A DNA stretch of 64,000 bases, from positions 73,966,001 to 74,030,000 of the forward strand of contig OX597818.1 in NCBI GenBank assembly GCA_951406725.2. The letters are read 5' to 3'. Below are positions 53,791 through 64,000 of this stretch, in pieces; within the stretch, counting starts at the first letter, position 1; each line of letters starts with the position of its first letter. A program made the position numbers and the translations under genes. The notes beneath the pieces are model-generated. The model did no database searches. It was not told the DNA's origin and was given only the letters and a program-made list of their open reading frames with translations. This DNA is from Octopus vulgaris (taxonomy: Eukaryota).

Positions 53791-55697
53791 TGTCCAGTGC
53801 AAACTTTTGATTACTATATACAAACCATTTTTGTATGTTGTTCAGCAAGTATTTGCAGAACCGTCTCCCTCGGATCGAGCGACTACCATTATCTCATATC
53901 ATATCTGTGAGGGGTGTAGTATTTAGAAGTTTAAACCAATCGAAGTCGGTAAAATTGTAAAGAATACCCAAAGTAAGATTCTTATTTGAGCACTTAAGTT
54001 GGTCCAAAGCCATCGAAATTAATGCAAAGATTTCACATTAAAAGCAAACTAGAGTATTTGCTTCTTGGAAAGGTAAGTTTTGATATGTGAACAACAGTCA
54101 GCAATTTCTCAGCAATTCCTAGTTGAAGTTGGAAAAAAAATTGCAGATTTTTATATTTGTATATATATCATTGGACTCGGAAAGTAATACGTCATCTTAC
54201 TGTTAGAATGCTTATATGGAAGCAACACTTGGATTTTTATATGTTTAACAATAAAACTATTGACACCAAAGGAAAAGAACTATTCTCATAAAACAAAATG
54301 TCACTGCCGTATTCAGCTGCCACGCAGATTGAAACAAATGGAAACGAAATTATATTTTTGAAGCGAAAGACTATACCAAATAAAAAAAATTCCATCCGAT
54401 ATTTTTTCTTTCCTGTTTTTCATTGTATTTATTTATTTATTCATTTTTGTTCTGTTCCATGTTAAAGATTAGATCGATGAAGATGGCGCATTTTTATTGA
54501 GTAAAAATGTGTGGAATAGGCAGGGACTCAGGTGGTTCAAGAACGGAAATGTGTTCGCTGGTATGAGATATGTTCAGACAACTTGGACAGTGTCAAAAAT
54601 CATCTGATACAAAAGAATACAGTTACTGCCATAATTCTACAGAGAAATCAGTTTAGAGATGAACAAATGGATGATTCATGGAAAAACTCATTCGAGTATG
54701 TTGGCAATGTGTGTTTCGTGATTTTGAAATATTGGGCGGGGGGATCCAGTAAAAGTTACAAAATCATTCAGGAAAAATTGAGTATTCCAAATACGATATT
54801 TATTTTGTAGCCAACGGGGAGAACGGTAAAGTAGTAGAAATTCCAAAGAAGTGAGGTATTTCAACAATTCAGATCCATACAAAAATTGCTTTTGATTAAT
54901 GACGAGCAATATTGACAGCAAAGTTATAACAGATTTTAAAATTTAATCATACTTTTTTTAATAGCTTATATTATAGGTTTTAAATATAATTAACTTTGAA
55001 ATAAAATATATAAAACATGATTTTAATGTTGGTTTGAGCTTACAGGCGCTTATCTATTTTTTAAATTGTTTATATAACTTTTTTCATGCAATAATTTCTA
55101 AGTGCTTTAAGAATAATAGTGACAACATCTTTGGGTTTACTTTTAATGAAGTAATTATCATGTTGTGAACTATATATGATCATATTTCTCTATAGGTCAG
55201 TGTTAGGCAAACATTTGTCACGTACGAAACATACTGTGCATATTAATTAAACCTTAAGCCAAATATTATTTTTTAAATACACATAATAACCTCTATTTCT
55301 GTAATTATGAACATTACATTGTGCTATTCATGAACCTGCACATATTACACATAAATTGTTATTGTATGACAGGTCGGATAACTGAAGTTGTATTTCAGAC
55401 TGTCTTTACGCTTAACGTATCTACTTTTGGGGGTACAAAAACTATATATTCAAAATGCGGGAAGAGAGCAGGAAAAATTCAGGCTACATACGGTTCCTAG
55501 CTAGTGAATCCTCAGAAGTAATAATTACTTAGCGCTGGATACTCTACTAGCAACTCATCAGGCCGAAGAAAACTTGTATAATATACACACACACACACAC
55601 ACAAAACATGCACACAGACACAAAGACACGAACATGCGCATGTGTGTGGGCTTGCGCGCGCACACACACACATATATATATATATATATACACGCAC

Positions 55698-55770
<73 letters not shown>

Positions 55771-56166
55771 TAGGCAGACAGAGCTACTAATAGTTTCATG
55801 CATTGAAGATATTAAATAGTGAGGTATAAAGCACGCCTAGTGCTTCAAATAGTTTTAGGTTCTGGGCACATGGAGTATACGAGTTACAAATCAGGATAAT
55901 ACAACAACTGACATCAGGAGAAACGACGAGAAGAATATGGGTTGAAAGAATGAGGAGGTCTAAAAAAGACGAAACCCATCTTCATCTTTTTTTCTTATGG
56001 TTTCTCTTGTTCTATTATCTTGAATTCTAAATCGTATTTGCCGTATGCCTAATGCCTAAATATTATTTGGCGAGAGTAGGCGTGTTTTAAAACCAGCCTA
56101 GATAATATCTTCAATGTAAAAAATTATCAGCTCATACTTATATACTGTATGTATTGAAAATATATA

Positions 56167-57428
56167 TTAGGTCGTCAAATATGAAATTTGTAGTAAGGTA
56201 TATGATAAAACTTGACAGCTGCTCATTTTGCGTTATTATTATATTTTGACAATCTTTGTTTTTTGTTAGAAAGCTGACACATCTATTTCTTTATTCTAAC
56301 CCATTTTCCGTTTTATAAAGTATTTATAAATCACTTTTTCTATTTTTATTTAGAGATGGATAAGTTGAAAATTCGTACAGTTTTGAATGATGAGTTCTTT
56401 CTTGGAAATACAGCATCACAGACAGCTCGGAATATTGACGGGACGGAGTATTTTATTCTATTGTTATTACGTAGCAGACAGAATCAAATTGGTTTGAAAA
56501 AGTTTCTTCAGGTAACTTTGACCTCACAAATGAGCAACGCGGTCGACCAGAAACAAAGGTGGATAATGACGAACTGAAACCTACCATCGAGTTAGATCCA
56601 TCTCAAGGTGCCCGTGAATTATCGCTGTTATTTGGTGTTAGCAAGCAAACAATATTGAATCACCTTGTTGAAATCGGTTAAAGTGAAAATGTTGGATAAG
56701 TGGGTTCCACATGAACTCAATGAAAATGAGAAACAGCAACGTTTGGAAGTCTGCATTATGCTACGTTCTCGTCTCAAAAATGAATTATTTTTTAATCGAA
56801 TTGTAACCTGTGATGAGAAATGAATGCAATACAACAACCGTAAACGATCTGCACAACGGTTGGACAACGACGAGCCACCAAAACAGTCCCAAAACCAAAA
56901 TTCATCAAAAAGTATCTGATTGTGTAGGTTTGGTGGACTGGCGCAGGTGTGATCCATTATGATTTCATTAAATCTGGATCATCATTCACGGCCGAAGTAC
57001 ACTGCAGCCAACTGGACCAAATGATGCAGAAACTTACAAAAACAGCCTAGATTAGTCAACAGATCCACTCCTATTTTATCGCAAGGCAAATCCAAACCAC
57101 ACATCGCAAAAATGAAACTAGCGAAACTACAGAAATTGGAGTTGGAAGTTCTCCCTCACCCACCATACTCACCTGATCTTGCCCCCATTGACCACTACTT
57201 CTTCCAGAATTTGGATAACTTTTTATACAAAAAACATTTAATTCTGACGATGCTGTAAAACAATCCTGTCAGAAAATCACAGTTCCAAGCTAGACAATCT
57301 ACCGCTGAAATGGCAAAAGTATATTGACAATATGGGTGCATACTTTGTGGAATAAAATTATCCTTTGTACTTATAAAACATTAGCAAACTTTGTATTCTT
57401 TTCTACAAATTTCATACTTCACATGATA
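56167..57428 (+). mobile_element. Near full-length mariner (DD34D-type) transposon fossil
   Basis: TIRs ..aatatgaaatttgtag / ctacaaatttcata... Motifs LDKWVPHEL, RIVTCDEK*, HPPYSPDLAPIDYHFF. Multiple stops and frameshifts. Confidence 0.92.
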
Positions 57429-58441
57429 TGTACACACACACACACACACTCACATATATATATAAGGATAAGATCGTTAATTTAAGTATCGATCCTATCA
57501 AGTGGCCAGCATGGGAATAAACACCTTCAAAGGTAATAATTATTAATAAAATTATTATGTAGAGTATCTAAGAGATACCATCACGCTGGAAATAGCAGAC
57601 AAAATTTGACTCTAAAACCACATTAAATGTTCATACACCACTAGGAACGAAGACAAAAGGACAAAATAGACTAGCAAAAAATTACTGGATAATTCCAGAA
57701 CCCGGATTTCTGGCTCTAAATAAGAAACGCTTTCCACATACAGGACCAGAAGGCACTGCAATTCTAGAGTCACGGGCAGCGAGACACGTACGGGTTAGTA
57801 AGTGAAATGATGCATTATTTCTTATGCACAATATCTAGATGGCAACGAAGTGCAGACAACTAACAAGATGGATACTAAGGTCCTTGAAAATAAGAGACTA
57901 AGATGTCATGTTCACATTTGAGAAGACATTTGTCCTCAGCCAGTTGCATTAATGCTCTTTGCTGTAGTTACCATATAGCATGAAGCTAAAAGAGGAGCTT
58001 GTAGCGGTACGATGTCAATACACTAAAAAGATTAGAACAATATAGCTGATGAAGTACAGGGAAAAACTAAACTGCCTCTGTGAGTGTGCGTATGTAACTT
58101 GACACCGCTTAACAGCATTGTTTACTTGTTTACCCCACCTCATAAATTAGTGGTTTACCAACATGCACTGAGAGAGTGAATACGAAGCTTTAAAACATGG
58201 GGTTCGGTTTCATTGCTTCGACTAAACACTTCAAGGCAGTGCCCCAACATAGCTGCAGTCAAATGACTGCAACAAGCAAAAGAGAGAATATGTGTGATCT
58301 CACAAACACACGCACGCGCACAAAAGCACATTCACACACACTCACACATACACACACACGCACACACACATGCACACACGAATATGTATCACACACACAC
58401 ACACATACATACATTAAAACTCGCCAAGAAAAATTTTGAAA

Positions 58442-58502
58442 CACCTGATGAATGACTGCGACCTAAAAATTTGATGACAGCAGCCAGGAAACGATCGTAG
58501 TG
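58442..58502 (+). ncRNA. Minimal type I hammerhead ribozyme
   Basis: cac-CTGATGA-aTGaCTGC..GCAGcCAg-GAAAC-GATC-GTA-gtg. Stem I is cac/gtg and stem III is the palindrome ACGATCGT. Confidence 0.8.
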
Positions 58503-58630
58503 GATATTAATTATATTTTTTTAATAATTGTTACATATTTAAATAATATAAATTAATTTATGTATTGGCTTAAGTCTTTCATTGTTTGATTTGCCTAATA
58601 GTGGTTTTGTCTCTAATTTAATATAATATA

Positions 58631-59015
58631 TCTCTCTCTATATAAACGGCAGTTTGTCTGTGCGTGTTTCTGTGTGTCTGTTTGCTTGTACCCTCACCCT
58701 GACCACGGCTTTCAACCGATTCTGATGAAACTTGACACACACATAGCCCAATGTCATAATTCAAAACTAACGCAGCGAAAATTTTGAAAAGTTCCCCCAG
58801 TTCTGAAAAAAATCGATAAATTTGACATGGGGTCGAGAATCAGAAACACAAACCGCAAACTGTCTAGGGGACGCAACTCGACCTTTTTCACTCTCAAAAA
58901 AAATTTACCATCATTTTTTTCCCATTTTTTTGCTATTTTTTGGCTATAACTCTCTAAAAAATGCTTTATAGTTATTTCCCTTACAAGCCCCGAGCAACGC
59001 CGGGCAATACTGCTA

Positions 59016-59016
<1 letters not shown>
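58631..59016 (+). mobile_element. Short non-autonomous Helitron
   Basis: A|TCTCTCTCTATATAAA..gtctgt repeats..caaccgattctgatgaaacttg.., hairpin CCCG-agcaacgc-CGGG, then CTAG|T. Confidence 0.85.
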
Positions 59017-59073
<57 letters not shown>

Positions 59074-60565
59074 GTATATATATGTATACACACACACACA
59101 CACATATATATATATACATATGAAGCAGTTGTCATCAAGACGTGTGTATGACTCGCTCATCGATTTTAGGTGTATATGTAGTTCAGAGCAGACAGACAGA
59201 CATACTCCCTTGAAAGCAATAAACCTTGACCTAGCTGAGCACTAACTGCTATAAGTAACATGTGTGCATATATACACCATAAAGAGTGCTTGAACATGTG
59301 TGTATGTATACACACACACGCACATACATATATATATACATAAACACACACATATATATATACATGCATGTTTCTCTACGTTTAGATGCATATTTATGCG
59401 GGTGTGTCTGTGTGTATGCATCTTTTTTCGTGTGTGCATGAATGTGTATGTGTGCGTGTTTGTGTGTGTAGTGTATGATCAATGTCTGATTAAGTTCATA
59501 CATATGCACATGTTGCGAATGAAAACCTAGTTTCGCTAAAACTATATTTAAGATTTACTTGTCATCGCGGCGAGAGACTGGAAATGAAAGACAAAAAAGA
59601 TGGAGATCATCGATTTTCCGTTGAATTTCCGTCGTATCGAAGATTACATTTACCAAATTAGTTCTGATGTACGGCAAATTTTTCTTGCTATGTAGCATGA
59701 ACTTCACCAAGTAATTTTAACGGACAACGAATATGTGTGCCTCTCACTGGTTTGCCTATATATATATATTTAATGTTGTACATGAACACAGTATTCAAAT
59801 TGGAAGTAATTATGATATATCTATTCTTGTATGATATCTATGTTAAACGTGAGTGTTACCAGTCTTTTGAAGAGTAACTTCGAAAGGGTGTGTGTGCACA
59901 CCACAACTAATATCAGGAATTATGGCTTACATAAATTAATTAAATCGTATATTTTATCTACTACTTATTTCAGACGTTAAGCTGCGGTCATACTTGGGCA
60001 CCGTCTTGAAAATTATAGCTAACTTTTATCAACATTTTTTCGTGACTACCCAAAATGATGAAATGAATACTAATTTTCAAAAGAGAAATACTTCTTACTT
60101 TAAAATATAATCAATTTTAAGATATCTTTCATTCGTATAACTTACCATATTACACCGTCATTTACTAACTCACCCCGATACCTCTCTCTCTATGTAGTAA
60201 TAGTGTTCATCTTGCACCTCTTTTGATAACTATTTCCACATCTCACTTTTAATGTTTCTAAAGCGGAATTGGAGATATCAACTAGCGAACCACCATATAT
60301 ATATATCGGTTATTATTATACAATCATTATTTTATGATATTTAAATGCACAAATGTACAGAGTATCTATTTATCTCACTGTCTATCTATCTATTTATCTA
60401 TTGGGTTGGCAACAAAGTTCCCGCCGTTTTTTTAAATTTTGGAATTTATTACGTTTATAAATTTTGGAATCTACTTTTTTCGAGAATTCCATTTTTTAAT
60501 CATTATATACATGTATATATACATACATATATGTGTGTATGTGTGTGTATGTGTGTGGTGGGGGG

Positions 60566-60811
60566 AGGCGCGTGGCTTAGTGGTTAGGGTGTCAGTATTA
60601 TGGTCGTAAGATTGTGGTTTCGATTCCTGGACCGGACAACATGTTGTGTTATTGAGCAAAACACTTCATTTCACGTTACTCCAGTCCACTCAGCTGGCAA
60701 AAATGAGTAATGCTGCGATGGACTGGCGTCACGTCCAGCTGGGGAACACATACACCATAGAAACCGGAAAACCGGGCCCATGAGCCTGGCTAGGCTTTAA
60801 AAAAGGGCGCG

Positions 60812-60812
<1 letters not shown>
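60566..60812 (+). mobile_element. tRNA-derived SINE
   Basis: ggcgcgTGGCTTAGTGGttagg..GGTTTCGATTCC, then ttgagcaaaacacttcatttcac..ctccagtccactcagctg..aaatgagta..gcgatggactggcgtc. Confidence 0.85.
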
Positions 60813-60870
<58 letters not shown>

Positions 60871-61336
60871 GTTCATAGACCTTCAAAACCTACTTTTGTC
60901 GGCCCTAAATATTTTCATGTGGCGTTAATTAATATACTGATCATTAAAAAACGATTGGCGAAACGACTGACGTAGAGACACAGAGTCGTGCAGACAGTTG
61001 ATATCTTGGCAATATGTTGTTGCAAGGTACATAATCCATGCCACATACCGTGGTTGTCCTGATATAAAGGTCAGCTCAATTCTCTCCTATATTTAATCTG
61101 TGTATAATTTATATTATCAAATATGGAATAATCAACTCCCAGCGAGCTCTCATACACATCATTCAGAATTGCTTGTGTGTTATTTTGTTATAAAAATAGA
61201 GTTTAATATTTATTTCAAAGGAACTCAGACTAAGCAATATATTCTAAGTCTACATATTCAGCTTCAATGACCAGTGTTTTCATGTACCTAGAAGTCATGA
61301 GATATGGGAAACTCTTTACATTTAAGGATTTATCCT

Positions 61337-61398
<62 letters not shown>

Positions 61399-61442
61399 TA
61401 TATTTGTGTATGTATCTGTATATATATATATATAAACATATA

Positions 61443-61503
<61 letters not shown>

Positions 61504-61679
61504 GTTTAAATATTTGTTGTGCAAGATTTTTTATGTGAAGTCGTGTGTTGAAACAGATATTGTTATATTTCGGAATGGTCATATTGCCAGTTTAGCCAAT
61601 AAAAACACACGCACTATATATTTGGTGTTATTTTGCTTCAGTGATATTTATTTTTTACATTAATCTTAATCTTATTTCG

Positions 61680-61723
61680 GCCAAAGTTCTTTCGTCACAC
61701 TCCTGTGACCGCATCAGTGGTCC
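61680..61723 (-). ncRNA. Variant hammerhead-like motif in the PLE terminal repeat
   Basis: Minus strand: cca-CTGATGCG-GTCACA-ggag-TGTGAC-GAAAG-aa-CTT-tgg. The core deviates from CUGANGA. Partial copy at 63959-63992 (+). Confidence 0.5.
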
Positions 61724-62239
61724 TTTGTTTTCTTCTCACTTACTTGTGTCTCTCCTTACTAACCGTCAGCCATTTTGTATTTCTATTGTATGTCTTCATT
61801 TGCGCATGCTTATTTCTCTATGTGCGTCTATGTTTATTTAGTGTGTGTGGGGGGGGATGCCTGTAATATTTGTATCTTCTGGTTATATACATTCTTGTAA
61901 TTTGTATTTTGTTTTTGTTGTTGTTGCTTTTGTTCTAATTTTGTTCATGTGTTTACATCCACCCATTATTATCATTACATATGCTTGTATGTATGTATAA
62001 CAACAATATTAGTAATAATAATAATAAATCTAATCGAGAAAAAAAAAAAAAAAAGAATATACATATACATATATATATATATACATACATATACATATAC
62101 ATATATATATATATACATATATACACACATATATACACATATACATATACATATATATACACATATACATATATATAGATATTCATTTCTATTTCTTTAA
62201 TTACCTGTGTATTTATTATGTTTGCAGGATCCACTATTG

Positions 62240-63673
62240 TCATATGTTGTGGTGTGCGCTATTGCTCCATTCTAGTTTTCTATTCAGGCTAGGTTTATTT
62301 TCTATTATATGTGTAGCTTCTGTAATTTGTCTAATTGTTGCATCTGTTCTATGTGTGGACAATATCTTAATCTCTATGTTATTGATTGATCCCCCGTGTT
62401 CTTGTTCGGCGTGTTGGTACAGAATCGATGAGCTTTTACCTTCCTTGAGTTGTCTCCAATGTTCATTCACCCGCTCACCAATGCTTCTTGCAGTTTCCCC
62501 TACGTATGTTACTGTCTTGTTACTGCATCGTCCCTCTATACATCTTATACTATAGACCACATTTCTGGCTTTACAGTTCGTCTGTGGGCTAAATCTACAT
62601 ACAGTGCAATAGTTTTCCGTACAGAGAGTTCTACTAAAAGGATAGGTTCTACCAATTATAGATCTGATAGGGTTGCCTGGCTTTTCAACAACCTTAATTC
62701 TTAGTTTAAGTTTATCTAGGGTCCTTCTAAAGCGGTACGCTAGTTCACCTCCAGGGGTGGTGTCAACGAACATGACACTCTGGTATTTATGGCTATCATA
62801 CCAAGAGTTGGCCTTCCTTATTTTCTTTTTTGTCCTTTCTATAGTGTTCCATGACTTGTTCCTATAGAGTGGGCAAATCCCATTCCTATCATTACATAAT
62901 ATATTATCAAATTTCTTCATGGCTCCTTTGTATACTCTGATCCTTTCTTTATGGCTGTAACCTGAGAACTGCATGCGGTGAATGAAATACTGTATGTGTC
63001 TCTTTAATTCTGTAGGCTCGCACATGCGTGACACATTTCTCATTATTCTGACGAGGTCTGCCATCAAAATATTGAATTTGGCATTGCCCGCAATGGCTGA
63101 GTTCCGGTGGATCAGGTATTTTGAGGCCATAGGTTTTGCATAGTATGAATGAAGGATTTGGGTTTTATTTTTCACAATTTCTAGCCAGAGTTCAGTGTCT
63201 AGTACTGGTAGTCTATGGTTGGGGTGTTTAGTGGGGTAGTCTATTGTGACCTTAATACTCTGGTGGATGGAGTTAGCTATTTGCTGGATGCTCTCCATAG
63301 TATTAGTTTCTATTACTATATCAACAGTACTCTCTTGTGGGGGTGCCTTTACTACTATATTGATATCATCAACATAGCGAGAGTACATGTTTACGAGTAT
63401 GGATTTCTGCAGTAGGCATTCTTTAAGCCTTCTGTCCCACCATACCATGAAGAGGTTGGCCACATCACCAGCGATACTAACACCGATGGCTGCCCCCTCG
63501 TCCTGGGCATATATTTTATTATTAAATTTAAATGTGTGGCCTTTTAGGGTAACTCTTATACTAGCTCCTAGTGCATGTGCGATCATTTTCTTTACCTGAT
63601 GGACATTTGCGGGGCTCCGTATGGCTCTGGTCCATCCGCGCCATCTTTCTATATGTGTCTTCCTAGCCATAGA
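62240..63673 (-). CDS. PLE reverse transcriptase (partial) plus GIY-YIG endonuclease, open frame
   Basis: [52 protein letters not shown]-x4-C-x2-[33 protein letters not shown]. The first ~19 aa of the listed ORF come from the inverted repeat. Confidence 0.92.
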   Translation of the reverse strand, partial: SMARKTHIERWRGWTRAIRSPANVHQVKKMIAHALGASIRVTLKGHTFKFNNKIYAQDEGAAIGVSIAGDVANLFMVWWDRRLKECLLQKSILVNMYSRYVDDINIVVKAPPQESTVDIVIETNTMESIQQIANSIHQSIKVTIDYPTKHPNHRLPVLDTELWLEIVKNKTQILHSYYAKPMASKYLIHRNSAIAGNAKFNILMADLVRIMRNVSRMCEPTELKRHIQYFIHRMQFSGYSHKERIRVYKGAMKKFDNILCNDRNGICPLYRNKSWNTIERTKKKIRKANSWYDSHKYQSVMFVDTTPGGELAYRFRRTLDKLKLRIKVVEKPGNPIRSIIGRTYPFSRTLCTENYCTVCRFSPQTNCKARNVVYSIRCIEGRCSNKTVTYVGETARSIGERVNEHWRQLKEGKSSSILYQHAEQEHGGSINNIEIKILSTHRTDATIRQITEATHIIENKPSLNRKLEWSNSAHHNI

Positions 63674-64000
63674 AGTTGTTATACATACATACAAGCATAT
63701 GTAATGATAATAATGGGTGGATGTAAACACATGAACAAAATTAGAACAAAAGCAACAACAACAAAAACAAAATACAAATTACAAGAATGTATATAACCAG
63801 AAGATACAAATATTACAGGCATCCCCCCACACACACACTAAATAAACATAGACGCACATAGAGATATAAGCATGCGCAAATGAAGACATACAATAGAAAT
63901 ACAAAATGGCTGACGGTTAGTAAGGAGAGACACAAGTAAGTGAGAAGAAAACAAAGGACCACTGATGCGGTCACAGGAGTGTGACGAAAGAAAGCAATAT

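Larger units (their letters stand above)
61502..63992 (-). mobile_element. 5'-truncated Penelope-like element with inverted terminal duplication
   Basis: RT-GIY-YIG ORF followed by a 3' region. 61688-62004 is repeated in inverted orientation at 63674-63992. Confidence 0.93.

Noticed and set aside
63674-63730. Listed N-terminus of the 496-aa ORF
   Set aside because: Derived from the inverted terminal repeat (the same peptide appears in ORF 61949-62200). Not the native start.

Overview
AT-rich eukaryotic non-coding DNA packed with (TA)n, (CA)n, (CATA)n, (GATA)n and trinucleotide microsatellites. The SINE families and overall repeat landscape look like an octopus (coleoid cephalopod) genome; this is an inference. 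I found no host protein-coding exon that I can support, and most ORFs in the track are microsatellite artefacts. The window is a mosaic of mobile elements: at least three lineages of Penelope-like elements (PLEs), one with a long open RT-GIY-YIG frame at 62240-63673; CR1/L2-type, R4/Dong-type and Tx1/L1-type LINE fragments; four Tc1/mariner fossils; non-autonomous Helitrons; and many tRNA-derived SINEs. The most notable unannotated signals are: (1) several minimal type-I hammerhead ribozyme motifs read directly from the sequence (25633-25715 +, 27448-27490 +, 31048-31118 -, 58442-58502 +, and a variant at 61680-61723 -); (2) many fold-back (inverted-repeat) elements between microsatellites, whose arm boundaries often fall at the hammerhead stem III or cleavage site; (3) a compact, highly structured retrozyme-like RNA element; (4) two GIY-YIG endonuclease modules with no recognisable RT; and (5) LINE 3' ends embedded in specific microsatellites, (GATA)n and (TTA)n. 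Coordinates were read by eye and may be off by a few bases, or by tens of bases for degenerate fossils.
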